Below, one piece after another: positions 34,677-41,835 of a stretch of 55,299 nt of DNA. The stretch comes from Myxococcota bacterium. GTDB lineage: Bacteria > Myxococcota_A > UBA9160 > PR03. The stretch spans positions 1-55,299 of the forward strand of contig JBFGIM010000002.1 in assembly GCA_041577695.1 (NCBI GenBank). The letters are read 5' to 3'. The notes under the pieces were generated by a model. It was not told the DNA's origin. It searched no databases and saw only the letters and a list, made by a program, of their open reading frames with translations. The stretch's first letter is position 1. Each line of letters opens with the position of its first letter. A program made the position numbers and the translations under genes.

Positions 34677-37600
34677 ATGACCCGACGCTGGTTGCTGATC
34701 GGCTGTCTCGTCTTCTCGGGAATGGCCGCGCTGGTGTACCAGATCGTCTGGACGCGGCTGCTGGGCCTCTCCTTCGGGACCACCACCGAGGCGATCGGCA
34801 CCGTGCTCGCGGTCTTCTTCGGCGGGCTGGCACTCGGCAACCTGTTGGCGGCGCGCACGCTCGATCGGATCCGGCGACCGCTCCGGGTCTACGCCTGGCT
34901 CGAGCTGGGCATCGGCGCCTTCGCGCTCGCCAGCCTGCCGCTGCTGCTGCGGCTCGACGACGTCTTCGCCTGGGTGGGCGCCGACCACGGGCCCTGGGCG
35001 ATGACCGCCATCCGCGCCGGCGTCGCCGCCGTCGTGCTGCTGCCGCCCACCGCCGCCATGGGCGCCACGCTGCCCGTGGTGGCCCGCGGCCTCGTCGAGC
35101 AGGACGCCACGCTGGGGCGCTGGAGCGCCTGGCTCTACACGGCCAACACCTTCGGCGCCGTGCTGGGCGCCTACCTGTGCGGCTTCTGGGCGATTCCCCA
35201 GCTGGGCCTCACGCACACCGTATGGACCGCCAGCGCCGTCAACCTGGGCGTGGCAGCCCTGGTGCTGCTGGGCGCAGGCGGCCTGCGATCCGCGCCGGCC
35301 CTGGCGGCGGCGCCATCCAACCTCGTGGAGTCGGCTGCGCCCGCCCGCGGGCGCGGCTGGTTCCTGCTCTTCTTCGGCATCTCGGGCTTCGTGGCGATCG
35401 GCTACGAGATCGTCTGGTCGAAGATCTTCTCGATCGTGATGGAGGGGACGCTCTACGGCTTCGCGGCGGTGCTCTCCACCTATCTGCTGGGCATCGGCCT
35501 GGGCAGCCTGGCGGTTTCGCGCTGGGTGGACCGGGTGCGCGACCTGCCCCGCCTCTTCGGCCTGCTCCACCTGGCCATCGGCGCCAGCGTCGCGCTCGGA
35601 ATGTTCTGCGTGCCGCTGCTCCCCTTTGCGTTCCAGTCGCTGGCGCGTTGGGCGGGCAGCGAGGACGCCGTTCACCTGCTGCTGTTGCTGGTGGCGCCCC
35701 TGATCCTGGTGCCCACGGCGCTCTTCGGTGCGGCCTTCCCGGTGTTGATCCGCATCTATGCGCGCCGCGCCGACCGGGTCGGCCAGGGCATGGGTGTGGC
35801 CACCGCGGTGAACACCGCGGGCAGCATCGCCAGCAGCCTCCTGGTGGGCTTCGTCTGGATCCCGGAGCTCGGCATCGACGCGAGCCTCTACCTGTTGCTG
35901 ATGATCGACCTAGGCGTCGGCTTCCTGGTCGTACTCGCCTTCCGCGACGAGGGCGGGGCGCGACGGCTGACCACCGGCGGCGCCGGCCTGCTGCTGGCGG
36001 CGGTGGCGCTCTCCTACAACGGCGTGCGGGTGGAGCAGGCGGTGGCCGGACGCTGGCTCGCCGCGCCGACCCTGGCGCTGTACCGGGCCGGCCTCGGGCA
36101 GGCGACCGACGAGACCGAGTGGATCGCCGAGGGCCGCACCTCGATCGTGACGGTGCACGAGAACGCCTGGGGTCGGCGCTTGCGCACCAACGGCATGCCC
36201 GAAGCGGGTCGCCGCTTCTCGGCCCCGCACTTCTCGTTGGAGAGCCAGCTGCTGGGCGCGCTGCCCTACCTGCTGGCCGAGGAGCCGCACCGCGCGCTCG
36301 CGATCGGCTACGGAGGCGGAGCCACCGTCAGCGCGCTCGCCCAGACCGACGTCGAGACGATCCGCGTGGTCGAGCTCGAGGAGCGGGTGATCGAGGCGGC
36401 TCGGCTGCTCCATCCGGCCCAGGAGGATCCGCAGCGCGACCCGCGGGTCGAGGTGCGCATCAACGACGGCCGCAACGAGCTGCTGATGGAGCGCTATCGC
36501 GACGCCCCGCGCTGGGACCTGATCTCCTCGCAGCCGAGCCACCCCTGGCTGATGGGCGCCGCGAACCTCTTCACCGAGGAGTATTTCGATCTGATTCGCG
36601 AGCGGCTCACACGCGGCGGCGTCTTCGCGCTCTGGGTGAACGGCTTCCGCACCGACCCAGAGTCGGTGCTCGCGATCCTGACCAGCTTCGAGCGGATCCT
36701 GCCGGGCGGCGTCGTGCTGGCCGGCGGCGGTTCGGACGCGCGCTCGTCCCTGCTGCTGCTCGGTGGCCGCAAGCCGCTGGTGTGGGATCTCGACCGGATG
36801 TCGGAGCGGCTGGCGGAGCCGGCGCTGGCGGCGCGGCTCGAGCAGCACGGTGTTCGGAGCGTGGCGCAGCTGCTGGCCCGGGCGGAGGGGCCCGTCGACG
36901 TATTCGCGCGGCTCGAGCCGACGGCGGCCAACACCGACGACAACGCCTTCATCGAGACCCGCGTGCCGCGACGGCTCGCCTGGGAGAACCTGGAGTTCGC
37001 GGCGATCGAGACGCGGGTGGCGCCGGACGCGCCGCTGCTGCCTCCCGTCCGGGGTTCGGCCGACGTGACCGAGGTGGCCCGGGCGATCCTCGAGCTGCCC
37101 GCCGGCCCCGGTGCCTGGCCCTACGCCGCCAAGCTCGACCGCCTGCTGCGCGTCCACGGCGCCGCTGCGCCGGCCCACGAGCGGGTGCTGCTCGCCGCCA
37201 TGGGCGCGTTGCGCGACCCGGCCCGCGCGAACGCGGGCGTCGAAGCGCTTCGCAAGCTGGCGGCCCGAGCGCCGGACGATCCCGAACCGCTCCGGCAGCT
37301 CGGTCTCCATTGGGGCGCCCGCACCCGTGAGTACGCCGCGGCGGCCGCTGCCTTCGAAGCCGCCTGGCAACGCTCGGGCGCGGCGCGCGACGCCTACGAC
37401 GCGGCCCGCTCTTGGCATCATCTCGACCCCGAACGCGCCTGGCAGTGGGCAGCGCGCGTCGGGGCCGCCGAGCGTCACCACTTTCCGCGGCTCGCGCTCT
37501 ACGATGCCGAGCGCGCGCTGGCCGAGGGCGCTCCGCCCGAGGCACTCGAGATTCGCTACCGCGATCTGCTCGCGTACCGCGCCACTGACGCGGGACGCGG

Positions 37601-37988
37601 ACTGCCCGGCGTGGACGCCACCCTCGCCAGCCTCGCCGACGCCCTGGGCCTCACGACCGCCGCGCGCGGCTTCCGCGATGCGGATCGCGAGCTGCGCCAG
37701 TCGAGCGTGGAGCCGCTGCTCCAGCAGGCGCGCCGGGAGCTCGGCGCGGGAAATCCGGACGCCGCGGAGCAGCGGGTGAACGAGGCGCGTGCCCTGGTTC
37801 CCGGATACCGCCCGACCCTCGAGCTTGCGGCGGAGATCGCCGCGCAGCGTCGCGACCGGTCCGCCTTCGAGGAAGTGCTCGACAGCGCCGCGCGCTGGGC
37901 CCCTACCCGCGCCGCGGGGATCTCGACCCAGATCCGCTGGCGCGAGCGCTGGGACTGGCAGCCGGTAGCGCCCGCGAGCCGCGGTTGA
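34677..37988 (+). CDS. fused polytopic membrane / spermidine-synthase-like methyltransferase-fold / TPR protein (1103 aa)
   Basis: ATG preceded by GGAGGG. The N-terminal roughly 420 aa has many TM helices. The middle has an IGYGGGAT...VVELE...INDGRN...DLISSQPSHPW SpeE-like fold. The C-terminal part is TPR-like helical repeats. Confidence 0.85.
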   Translation: MTRRWLLIGCLVFSGMAALVYQIVWTRLLGLSFGTTTEAIGTVLAVFFGGLALGNLLAARTLDRIRRPLRVYAWLELGIGAFALASLPLLLRLDDVFAWVGADHGPWAMTAIRAGVAAVVLLPPTAAMGATLPVVARGLVEQDATLGRWSAWLYTANTFGAVLGAYLCGFWAIPQLGLTHTVWTASAVNLGVAALVLLGAGGLRSAPALAAAPSNLVESAAPARGRGWFLLFFGISGFVAIGYEIVWSKIFSIVMEGTLYGFAAVLSTYLLGIGLGSLAVSRWVDRVRDLPRLFGLLHLAIGASVALGMFCVPLLPFAFQSLARWAGSEDAVHLLLLLVAPLILVPTALFGAAFPVLIRIYARRADRVGQGMGVATAVNTAGSIASSLLVGFVWIPELGIDASLYLLLMIDLGVGFLVVLAFRDEGGARRLTTGGAGLLLAAVALSYNGVRVEQAVAGRWLAAPTLALYRAGLGQATDETEWIAEGRTSIVTVHENAWGRRLRTNGMPEAGRRFSAPHFSLESQLLGALPYLLAEEPHRALAIGYGGGATVSALAQTDVETIRVVELEERVIEAARLLHPAQEDPQRDPRVEVRINDGRNELLMERYRDAPRWDLISSQPSHPWLMGAANLFTEEYFDLIRERLTRGGVFALWVNGFRTDPESVLAILTSFERILPGGVVLAGGGSDARSSLLLLGGRKPLVWDLDRMSERLAEPALAARLEQHGVRSVAQLLARAEGPVDVFARLEPTAANTDDNAFIETRVPRRLAWENLEFAAIETRVAPDAPLLPPVRGSADVTEVARAILELPAGPGAWPYAAKLDRLLRVHGAAAPAHERVLLAAMGALRDPARANAGVEALRKLAARAPDDPEPLRQLGLHWGARTREYAAAAAAFEAAWQRSGAARDAYDAARSWHHLDPERAWQWAARVGAAERHHFPRLALYDAERALAEGAPPEALEIRYRDLLAYRATDAGRGLPGVDATLASLADALGLTTAARGFRDADRELRQSSVEPLLQQARRELGAGNPDAAEQRVNEARALVPGYRPTLELAAEIAAQRRDRSAFEEVLDSAARWAPTRAAGISTQIRWRERWDWQPVAPASRG

Positions 37989-38035
37989 CACGCCGCAGCC
38001 CGGCTGGTTACGTTGCCGCCGCCTCTCGGCAAAGC

Positions 38036-38111
38036 GCTCCCATCGTCTAGCGGTCTAGGACGTGGCCCTCTCAAGGCCAAGACACGGGTTCGATTCCCGT
38101 TGGGAGCGCCA
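38036..38111 (+). tRNA. tRNA-Glu (anticodon CUC), CCA encoded
   Basis: Hand-folded. Acceptor GCTCCCA/TGGGAGC, D arm GTCT..GGAC, anticodon stem TGGCC/GGCCA with loop CTCTCAA, T arm ACGGG-TTCGATT-CCCGT, then G plus CCA. 76 nt. Confidence 0.9.
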
Positions 38112-38214
38112 CGCCGGAGCCCGGCTCCCGGCGGCGCCTTCCGGTCCACTGAGCGTGCCAACCCCAGGGGAGCTGGCGCGCCCCCGATCGGGGCGGGTGC
38201 ACCGGAGGCTGAGG

Positions 38215-38778
38215 TTGTCCAAGTTCGCGTTCGCCTTCCTGGATTGTGAATTCGGCGGCCTCGACCCCGAGCTCCACGACATCACCGAGATCGGCGTCAT
38301 CACCACCGACTACCGGCTGGCAGAGCTCGACTGCCGCGAATGGAAGGTGCGCGCCCGCCCCGAGCGCATCACCCCGGTCGCCGCCGAGATCTCGGGCTAC
38401 GACGCCAAGGTCTGGGAGGCCGAGGCCGTGCCGGTCCGGAAGATGTTGACCGAGGTGACCGAGATGCTCCCCAAGGGTGTCAAAGTGGTGCCCGCCGGCC
38501 AGAACGTGCGGATGGACGTCCAGTTCCTGGAGCGCGCCTTCAAGCACTGCGAGATCGACTACCCCTTCGACTACCACGTCATCGACCTGGCCACGCTCTT
38601 CTACGCCTGGTCGCTGGTGACCGGTGAGACCGTGCCGGCGCTGTCGCTGCGCCAGGCGGCCACGACGGCCGGGCTGGCCGACGGAGCCGTGCCGCACCGG
38701 GCGCTGGCCGATGCGCGGCTGACGCTCGATGTGTTTCGGCACTACGTGGGGCGGCTGGCGCCGCGGGCAGGAGAGTAG
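38215..38778 (+). CDS. DEDDh 3'-5' exonuclease (DnaQ/epsilon-like), stand-alone
   Basis: TTG at 38215 preceded by GGAGGCTGAGG. ExoI FLDCEFGGLD, ExoII GQNVRMDVQFL, ExoIII HRALADARLT. Confidence 0.8.
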   Translation: MSKFAFAFLDCEFGGLDPELHDITEIGVITTDYRLAELDCREWKVRARPERITPVAAEISGYDAKVWEAEAVPVRKMLTEVTEMLPKGVKVVPAGQNVRMDVQFLERAFKHCEIDYPFDYHVIDLATLFYAWSLVTGETVPALSLRQAATTAGLADGAVPHRALADARLTLDVFRHYVGRLAPRAGE

Positions 38779-38791
38779 GCGGAGAAGTTGC

Positions 38792-38848
38792 CGAGGCGCA
38801 GGCAGCTCTGTGGATCTCCGTTCGCCTGCGGCTCACTGCGCGCGCGGC
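38792..38848 (-). repeat. 57-nt repeat, copy A (inverted relative to B and C)
   Basis: The reverse complement reads ...GCGCGCGCAGTGAGCCGCAGGCGAACGGAGATCCACAGAGCTGCCTGCGCC. It shares GCGCGCGCAG and a 17-nt identical core CGGAGATCCACAGAGCT with copy C. Confidence 0.75.
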
Positions 38849-39061
38849 TCGAGGTGCCGAGACCTCTCCGCTTTCGAGGGCCGCGCTTGCCGGCGGGCAG
38901 CCCCCGAGCCGCAACCCACCCCCAAGCGTCCGTACATCTCCCAAACCCCCCTCGATCCGCGAACGAAGCTCCAACGCAGCCTGGAAGCCGGCGCGAAGGC
39001 AAGCAGGCCTAGGCCGGCAAGCGCCGCCTACAGCTGCACGAAAGCTCTAGTCCGAACGAGC

Positions 39062-39118
39062 GGCGCGCGCAGCGAGGCGAAGCCGAGCGGAGATCCACAA
39101 AGCTTGTGCTCGCACGGC
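39062..39118 (+). repeat. 57-nt repeat, copy B
   Basis: GGCGCGCGCAGCGAGGCGAAGCCGAGCGGAGATCCACAAAGCTTGTGCTCGCACGGC. 54/57 identical to copy C. Confidence 0.85.
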
Positions 39119-39129
39119 AACCCAGCCGC

Positions 39130-39186
39130 GGCGCGCGCAGCGAGGCGAAGCCGAGCGGAGATCCACAGAGCTTGCGCCCGCACGGC
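39130..39186 (+). repeat. 57-nt repeat, copy C (tandem to B, period 68 nt)
   Basis: GGCGCGCGCAGCGAGGCGAAGCCGAGCGGAGATCCACAGAGCTTGCGCCCGCACGGC. Confidence 0.85.
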
Positions 39187-39197
39187 TAGCGCCCGCG

Positions 39198-39767
39198 TCA
39201 TTGCAGCCGATCCTGCCACTTTCGGAGCGCTCCCAGGTCGATCCACGCCAGCAGCGGAAGGATCCACCGGTGCGCCCAGCTTCCCGGGCGAAAGCGGATG
39301 GCGGAGGCGAAGTCGATCAGGATCGGATCGCCGTCCTCGCCGATCATCACGTTGCTGCGATGGCGCAGGTCCAGGTGGACGACGCCCCGCTCGTGCATGC
39401 CCCGGATGGCGCCCTCGAGCGCGGCCGGGAAGCCGGGCGAGATGCGGCCGCGCAGGCGACGCGTCATGCGACGGCCGGGTCGGTACTCGACGGCGAAGGC
39501 GAGCGGGTCGATGGCGCCGATCAGCTGGGGCACGGCCGCGTGGTCGGCCAGCGCGCGGTAGGTCGCCATCTCGTTCCAGATGCTGAAGCGACCCCAGGTC
39601 GAGCGGATCCAGCGGCCGCGCGGCTGGAAGTCCTTGACGACGATGTGCTTGCCGCCGAGGGCCACCAGGTACACGTCGGGATTGCGGCGGTTGCCGCGAT
39701 TCAGCACGGAGACGGTGTGTTTCCCGAGCTCCTCGCGCCGCAGCGGCGCGAGCGGGGCCTCGGTCAC
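39198..39767 (-). CDS. minimal protein-kinase-like fold protein (RIO/Kdo/LPS-kinase-like, 189 aa)
   Basis: GTG start at 39767. Lys in HIVVKDF, Glu in WNEMATYRAL, catalytic-loop-like VVHLDLRHRSNVMI, DFG-like LIDFAS. GC3 is high. Confidence 0.7.
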   Translation of the reverse strand: MTEAPLAPLRREELGKHTVSVLNRGNRRNPDVYLVALGGKHIVVKDFQPRGRWIRSTWGRFSIWNEMATYRALADHAAVPQLIGAIDPLAFAVEYRPGRRMTRRLRGRISPGFPAALEGAIRGMHERGVVHLDLRHRSNVMIGEDGDPILIDFASAIRFRPGSWAHRWILPLLAWIDLGALRKWQDRLQ

Positions 39768-40027
39768 TAGTCGCTCGCGATCGGCGGCTTCCGGTTCCCG
39801 GTCTCGAGCTCCTGGAGCCGGGACCAGAGCCGGGCGCGCAGGCGGGCCTTGAAGAGCGGATCGATCGGCACGGGGCCGTCGGCGGCGTTGACGAACTCGG
39901 CGAACTCCACGGGATCGAAGTCCACGCAGGCATCCGGCCGGGAGTCGACCTCGTGATCGGACCGATGGGAATAACGACTGCGATTGGCCAGTAGCCTACG
40001 CAGACCCCTCGCGATTCCGGGCTTCAC
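39767..40027 (-). CDS. small hypothetical protein (86 aa if GTG 40027; at least the last 52 aa are coding)
   Basis: The 3' part (VDFDPVEFAEFVNAADGPVPIDPLFKARLRARLWSRLQELETGNRKPPIASD) has near-100% GC3. GTG at 40027 is preceded by GGAGGA at 4-5 nt. An alternative GTG at 39925 lacks an SD. The ATG at 40120 is unlikely because GC3 is low there. The stop overlaps the kinase-like start by 1 nt. Confidence 0.5.
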   Translation of the reverse strand: MKPGIARGLRRLLANRSRYSHRSDHEVDSRPDACVDFDPVEFAEFVNAADGPVPIDPLFKARLRARLWSRLQELETGNRKPPIASD

Positions 40028-40311
40028 CAGATCCTCCGCGGGGGGCGGTCCGCAACATACTCGACTCGTACTCGAAGAGACACCGTGCCACTCCCGGTCC
40101 TGGCGGGACTGCCGCATCACCGCCCATGGAATCTCTGCAGGAGGGCTGAACTGCAGATGGGTCGGGGCCGCGGATCTTCATCGAAGCGATGCGTCCCCTG
40201 GAGACGGGTTGCATCGCCATCGACTACTAAGTGGGTCGCAGCACCGATTCGTGGCAGGGTATTGCCGAGAAAACGCCCGAGGGGACCGATTTTTTTCACC
40301 CCAGGGGAATC

Positions 40312-40345
40312 GCCTTCCCCGGGTCGGCGCCTTCCCCGGGTCGGC
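40312..40345. repeat. perfect 17-bp tandem duplication GCCTTCCCCGGGTCGGC x2
   Basis: Read directly at 40312-40328 and 40329-40345, just downstream of the ECF sigma stop codon. Confidence 0.9.
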
Positions 40346-40367
40346 GGGTTGGGACCTCCGCTGGCGC

Positions 40368-41015
40368 CTAGGGCCGGAGGAAGGCCTCGAGACCCGGAGC
40401 CGACTCGGCCAGCGTGCGGCGCATCCGGTAGAGGTTCGCCTTGATGGCGTCCTCGGACTTGCCCAGGGCCTGGGCGATGGCGCGAATGGGCTGCCGGCGC
40501 AGATGCTTCAGGTGGAAGATGCGCCGCTGGAGCGGCGTGAGACGGTCTGCGATGACAGTGTCGCAGCGGTCGAGCATGCGCCGGGCGTCCACGGCGCGCT
40601 CGGTCGAGGGCTCGCGAGCGGGGATCGCCTCGGGGCCGAGGTCGGTCAGCGACTCCAGCCGGGGCCGGTTGCGACGGAAGCGGCGATTGACCTTGTTGCG
40701 GGTCACCCCGAACACCCAGACCAGCAGGCTGGACTCGCCGCGATAGCTCGGCAGCGCCTGGAAGACGGTCTCGAAGACCTCCTGGGTGACGTCCTCGGCT
40801 TCCGCGGGATCGCCGAGTCGCTTGAGGGCGAAGCGGTAGACGCGTGGGAAGTACGACTCGTAGAGCTCGTCGAAATGGGCCCTGCTCCCCGCCAGGATGT
40901 TGCGAACCAGCTCCCGATCGCGCGCGGCGGCCGTGCGCACCGGGTCCGACGAGGCTTCCGAGGGGTTGCTGGTCGCCGGAGGCACGCCAGCGGACGTGGG
41001 GGCCGGGAGGGCCAC
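40368..41015 (-). CDS. ECF-type RNA polymerase sigma-70 family factor
   Basis: Region 2 FDELYESYFPRVYRFALKRLGDPAEAEDVTQEVF. Region 4 LTPLQRRIFHLKHLRRQPIRAIAQALGKSEDAIKANLYRMRRTL. The start is uncertain: GTG at 41015 where GC3 rises, or alternatives at 40940 or 41078. Confidence 0.85.
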   Translation of the reverse strand: MALPAPTSAGVPPATSNPSEASSDPVRTAAARDRELVRNILAGSRAHFDELYESYFPRVYRFALKRLGDPAEAEDVTQEVFETVFQALPSYRGESSLLVWVFGVTRNKVNRRFRRNRPRLESLTDLGPEAIPAREPSTERAVDARRMLDRCDTVIADRLTPLQRRIFHLKHLRRQPIRAIAQALGKSEDAIKANLYRMRRTLAESAPGLEAFLRP

Positions 41016-41153
41016 CCGAAGATGGGGGGGATGATGTCGCACGCGAACCCAAGCTCCCTGGCAGCCGGGTCGCCCCACCGGGGGGGGGCTGGGCGACGCG
41101 GCATGTTGAGGTCTCTCCGAAAAGGGTGGACTCGATGTCCGTTATATCGTTGG

Positions 41154-41170
41154 AGCAATGGGCATGCCAG
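41154..41170 (-). promoter_or_regulatory. sigma54-type (-24/-12) promoter upstream of the ECF sigma gene
   Basis: The minus strand reads CTGGCATGCCCATTGCT, i.e. TGGCAT-N5-TTGCT with correct GG/GC spacing. It lies about 140 nt upstream of GTG 41015. Confidence 0.5.
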
Positions 41171-41347
41171 AGCCGGCGTGGCTTGCAGGTAGCCCCGCAT
41201 CCCCCCTCCCCTGTTGGGGATTTGGCGCTAGCCGCGGGCCGGCCCACGACCGTGGGGGACGCGCGGCGCTAGGTAAAGGTTTGCCCATTCTCGGCAGGGG
41301 GGTTCACCTACGCGCGCGGGTGGCAACGAAGTGGCAGCGGAGCGATC

Positions 41348-41830
41348 TCAGGGAGCGGAGACGCGGCTCGCTTGGCCCGGCTGGATCCACCACTGCCCCG
41401 CCCGGCGCACCCAGCGATCCTCGCGCTCCAGGTGGGTCTTCCACCAGCGCAGTGGCAGGGCGTTATCGCCGCGCAGGTGAACCCGCACGCTCGCCCGGCC
41501 GGGACCGTCCACCAGGAACTCGGCGATCTCGGTGTGGATCGGCCGGCTGCGCTGGAAATGCGCCTCGAGCAGCGCTTCGGCGAGGTCGGCGTAGTAGTCG
41601 GAGAAGGATTCCTCGTCGCGGAAGTACTCGTGCAGCCCGGCATCTCGGAAGGTGACGATGCTGTTGAAGCGACGACCCTCGAGCCGTCGGTAGAACACCG
41701 TGGCGCGCTCGTAGAAGTCCAGCACCCCGGGCGCCTCGACCCGCTCGAGACCCGCCTCCGGATCGGGAAGCGGCGCGTCGGACCCACCCGCGCAGCCGAG
41801 CGCGAGGACCGCAGTCAGCACCAGTGCCAC
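41348..41830 (-). CDS. hypothetical lipoprotein (160 aa)
   Basis: GTG at 41830 preceded by GAGG, 5 nt after the ppdK stop. Lipobox LALGC. GC3 is high. Confidence 0.7.
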   Translation of the reverse strand: MALVLTAVLALGCAGGSDAPLPDPEAGLERVEAPGVLDFYERATVFYRRLEGRRFNSIVTFRDAGLHEYFRDEESFSDYYADLAEALLEAHFQRSRPIHTEIAEFLVDGPGRASVRVHLRGDNALPLRWWKTHLEREDRWVRRAGQWWIQPGQASRVSAP

Positions 41831-41835
41831 GGACC

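Noticed and set aside
39062-39186. Possible CRISPR array (57-nt direct repeats).
   Set aside because: There are only two direct copies separated by 11 nt, plus one inverted copy. No spacers of plausible length and no cas genes are in the window.
39028-39933. 301-aa minus-strand ORF starting at a true ATG (39933) and covering the kinase-like gene in another frame.
   Set aside because: It is an Arg/Pro/Ser-rich product with no motifs. The alternative frames carry kinase motifs and near-100% GC3.
40252-40266. Plus-strand TGGCAGGGTATTGC resembling a sigma54 promoter.
   Set aside because: The GG-to-GC spacing is one nucleotide short of the -24/-12 consensus. It also points away from any plus-strand gene.
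38036-41830. Genomic island integrated at tRNA-Glu (exonuclease, repeats, kinase-like gene, ECF sigma).
   Set aside because: I found no integrase or recombinase gene and no direct repeat of the tRNA 3' end downstream. The coding GC3 of these genes looks native. Only the non-coding spacers are lower in GC.
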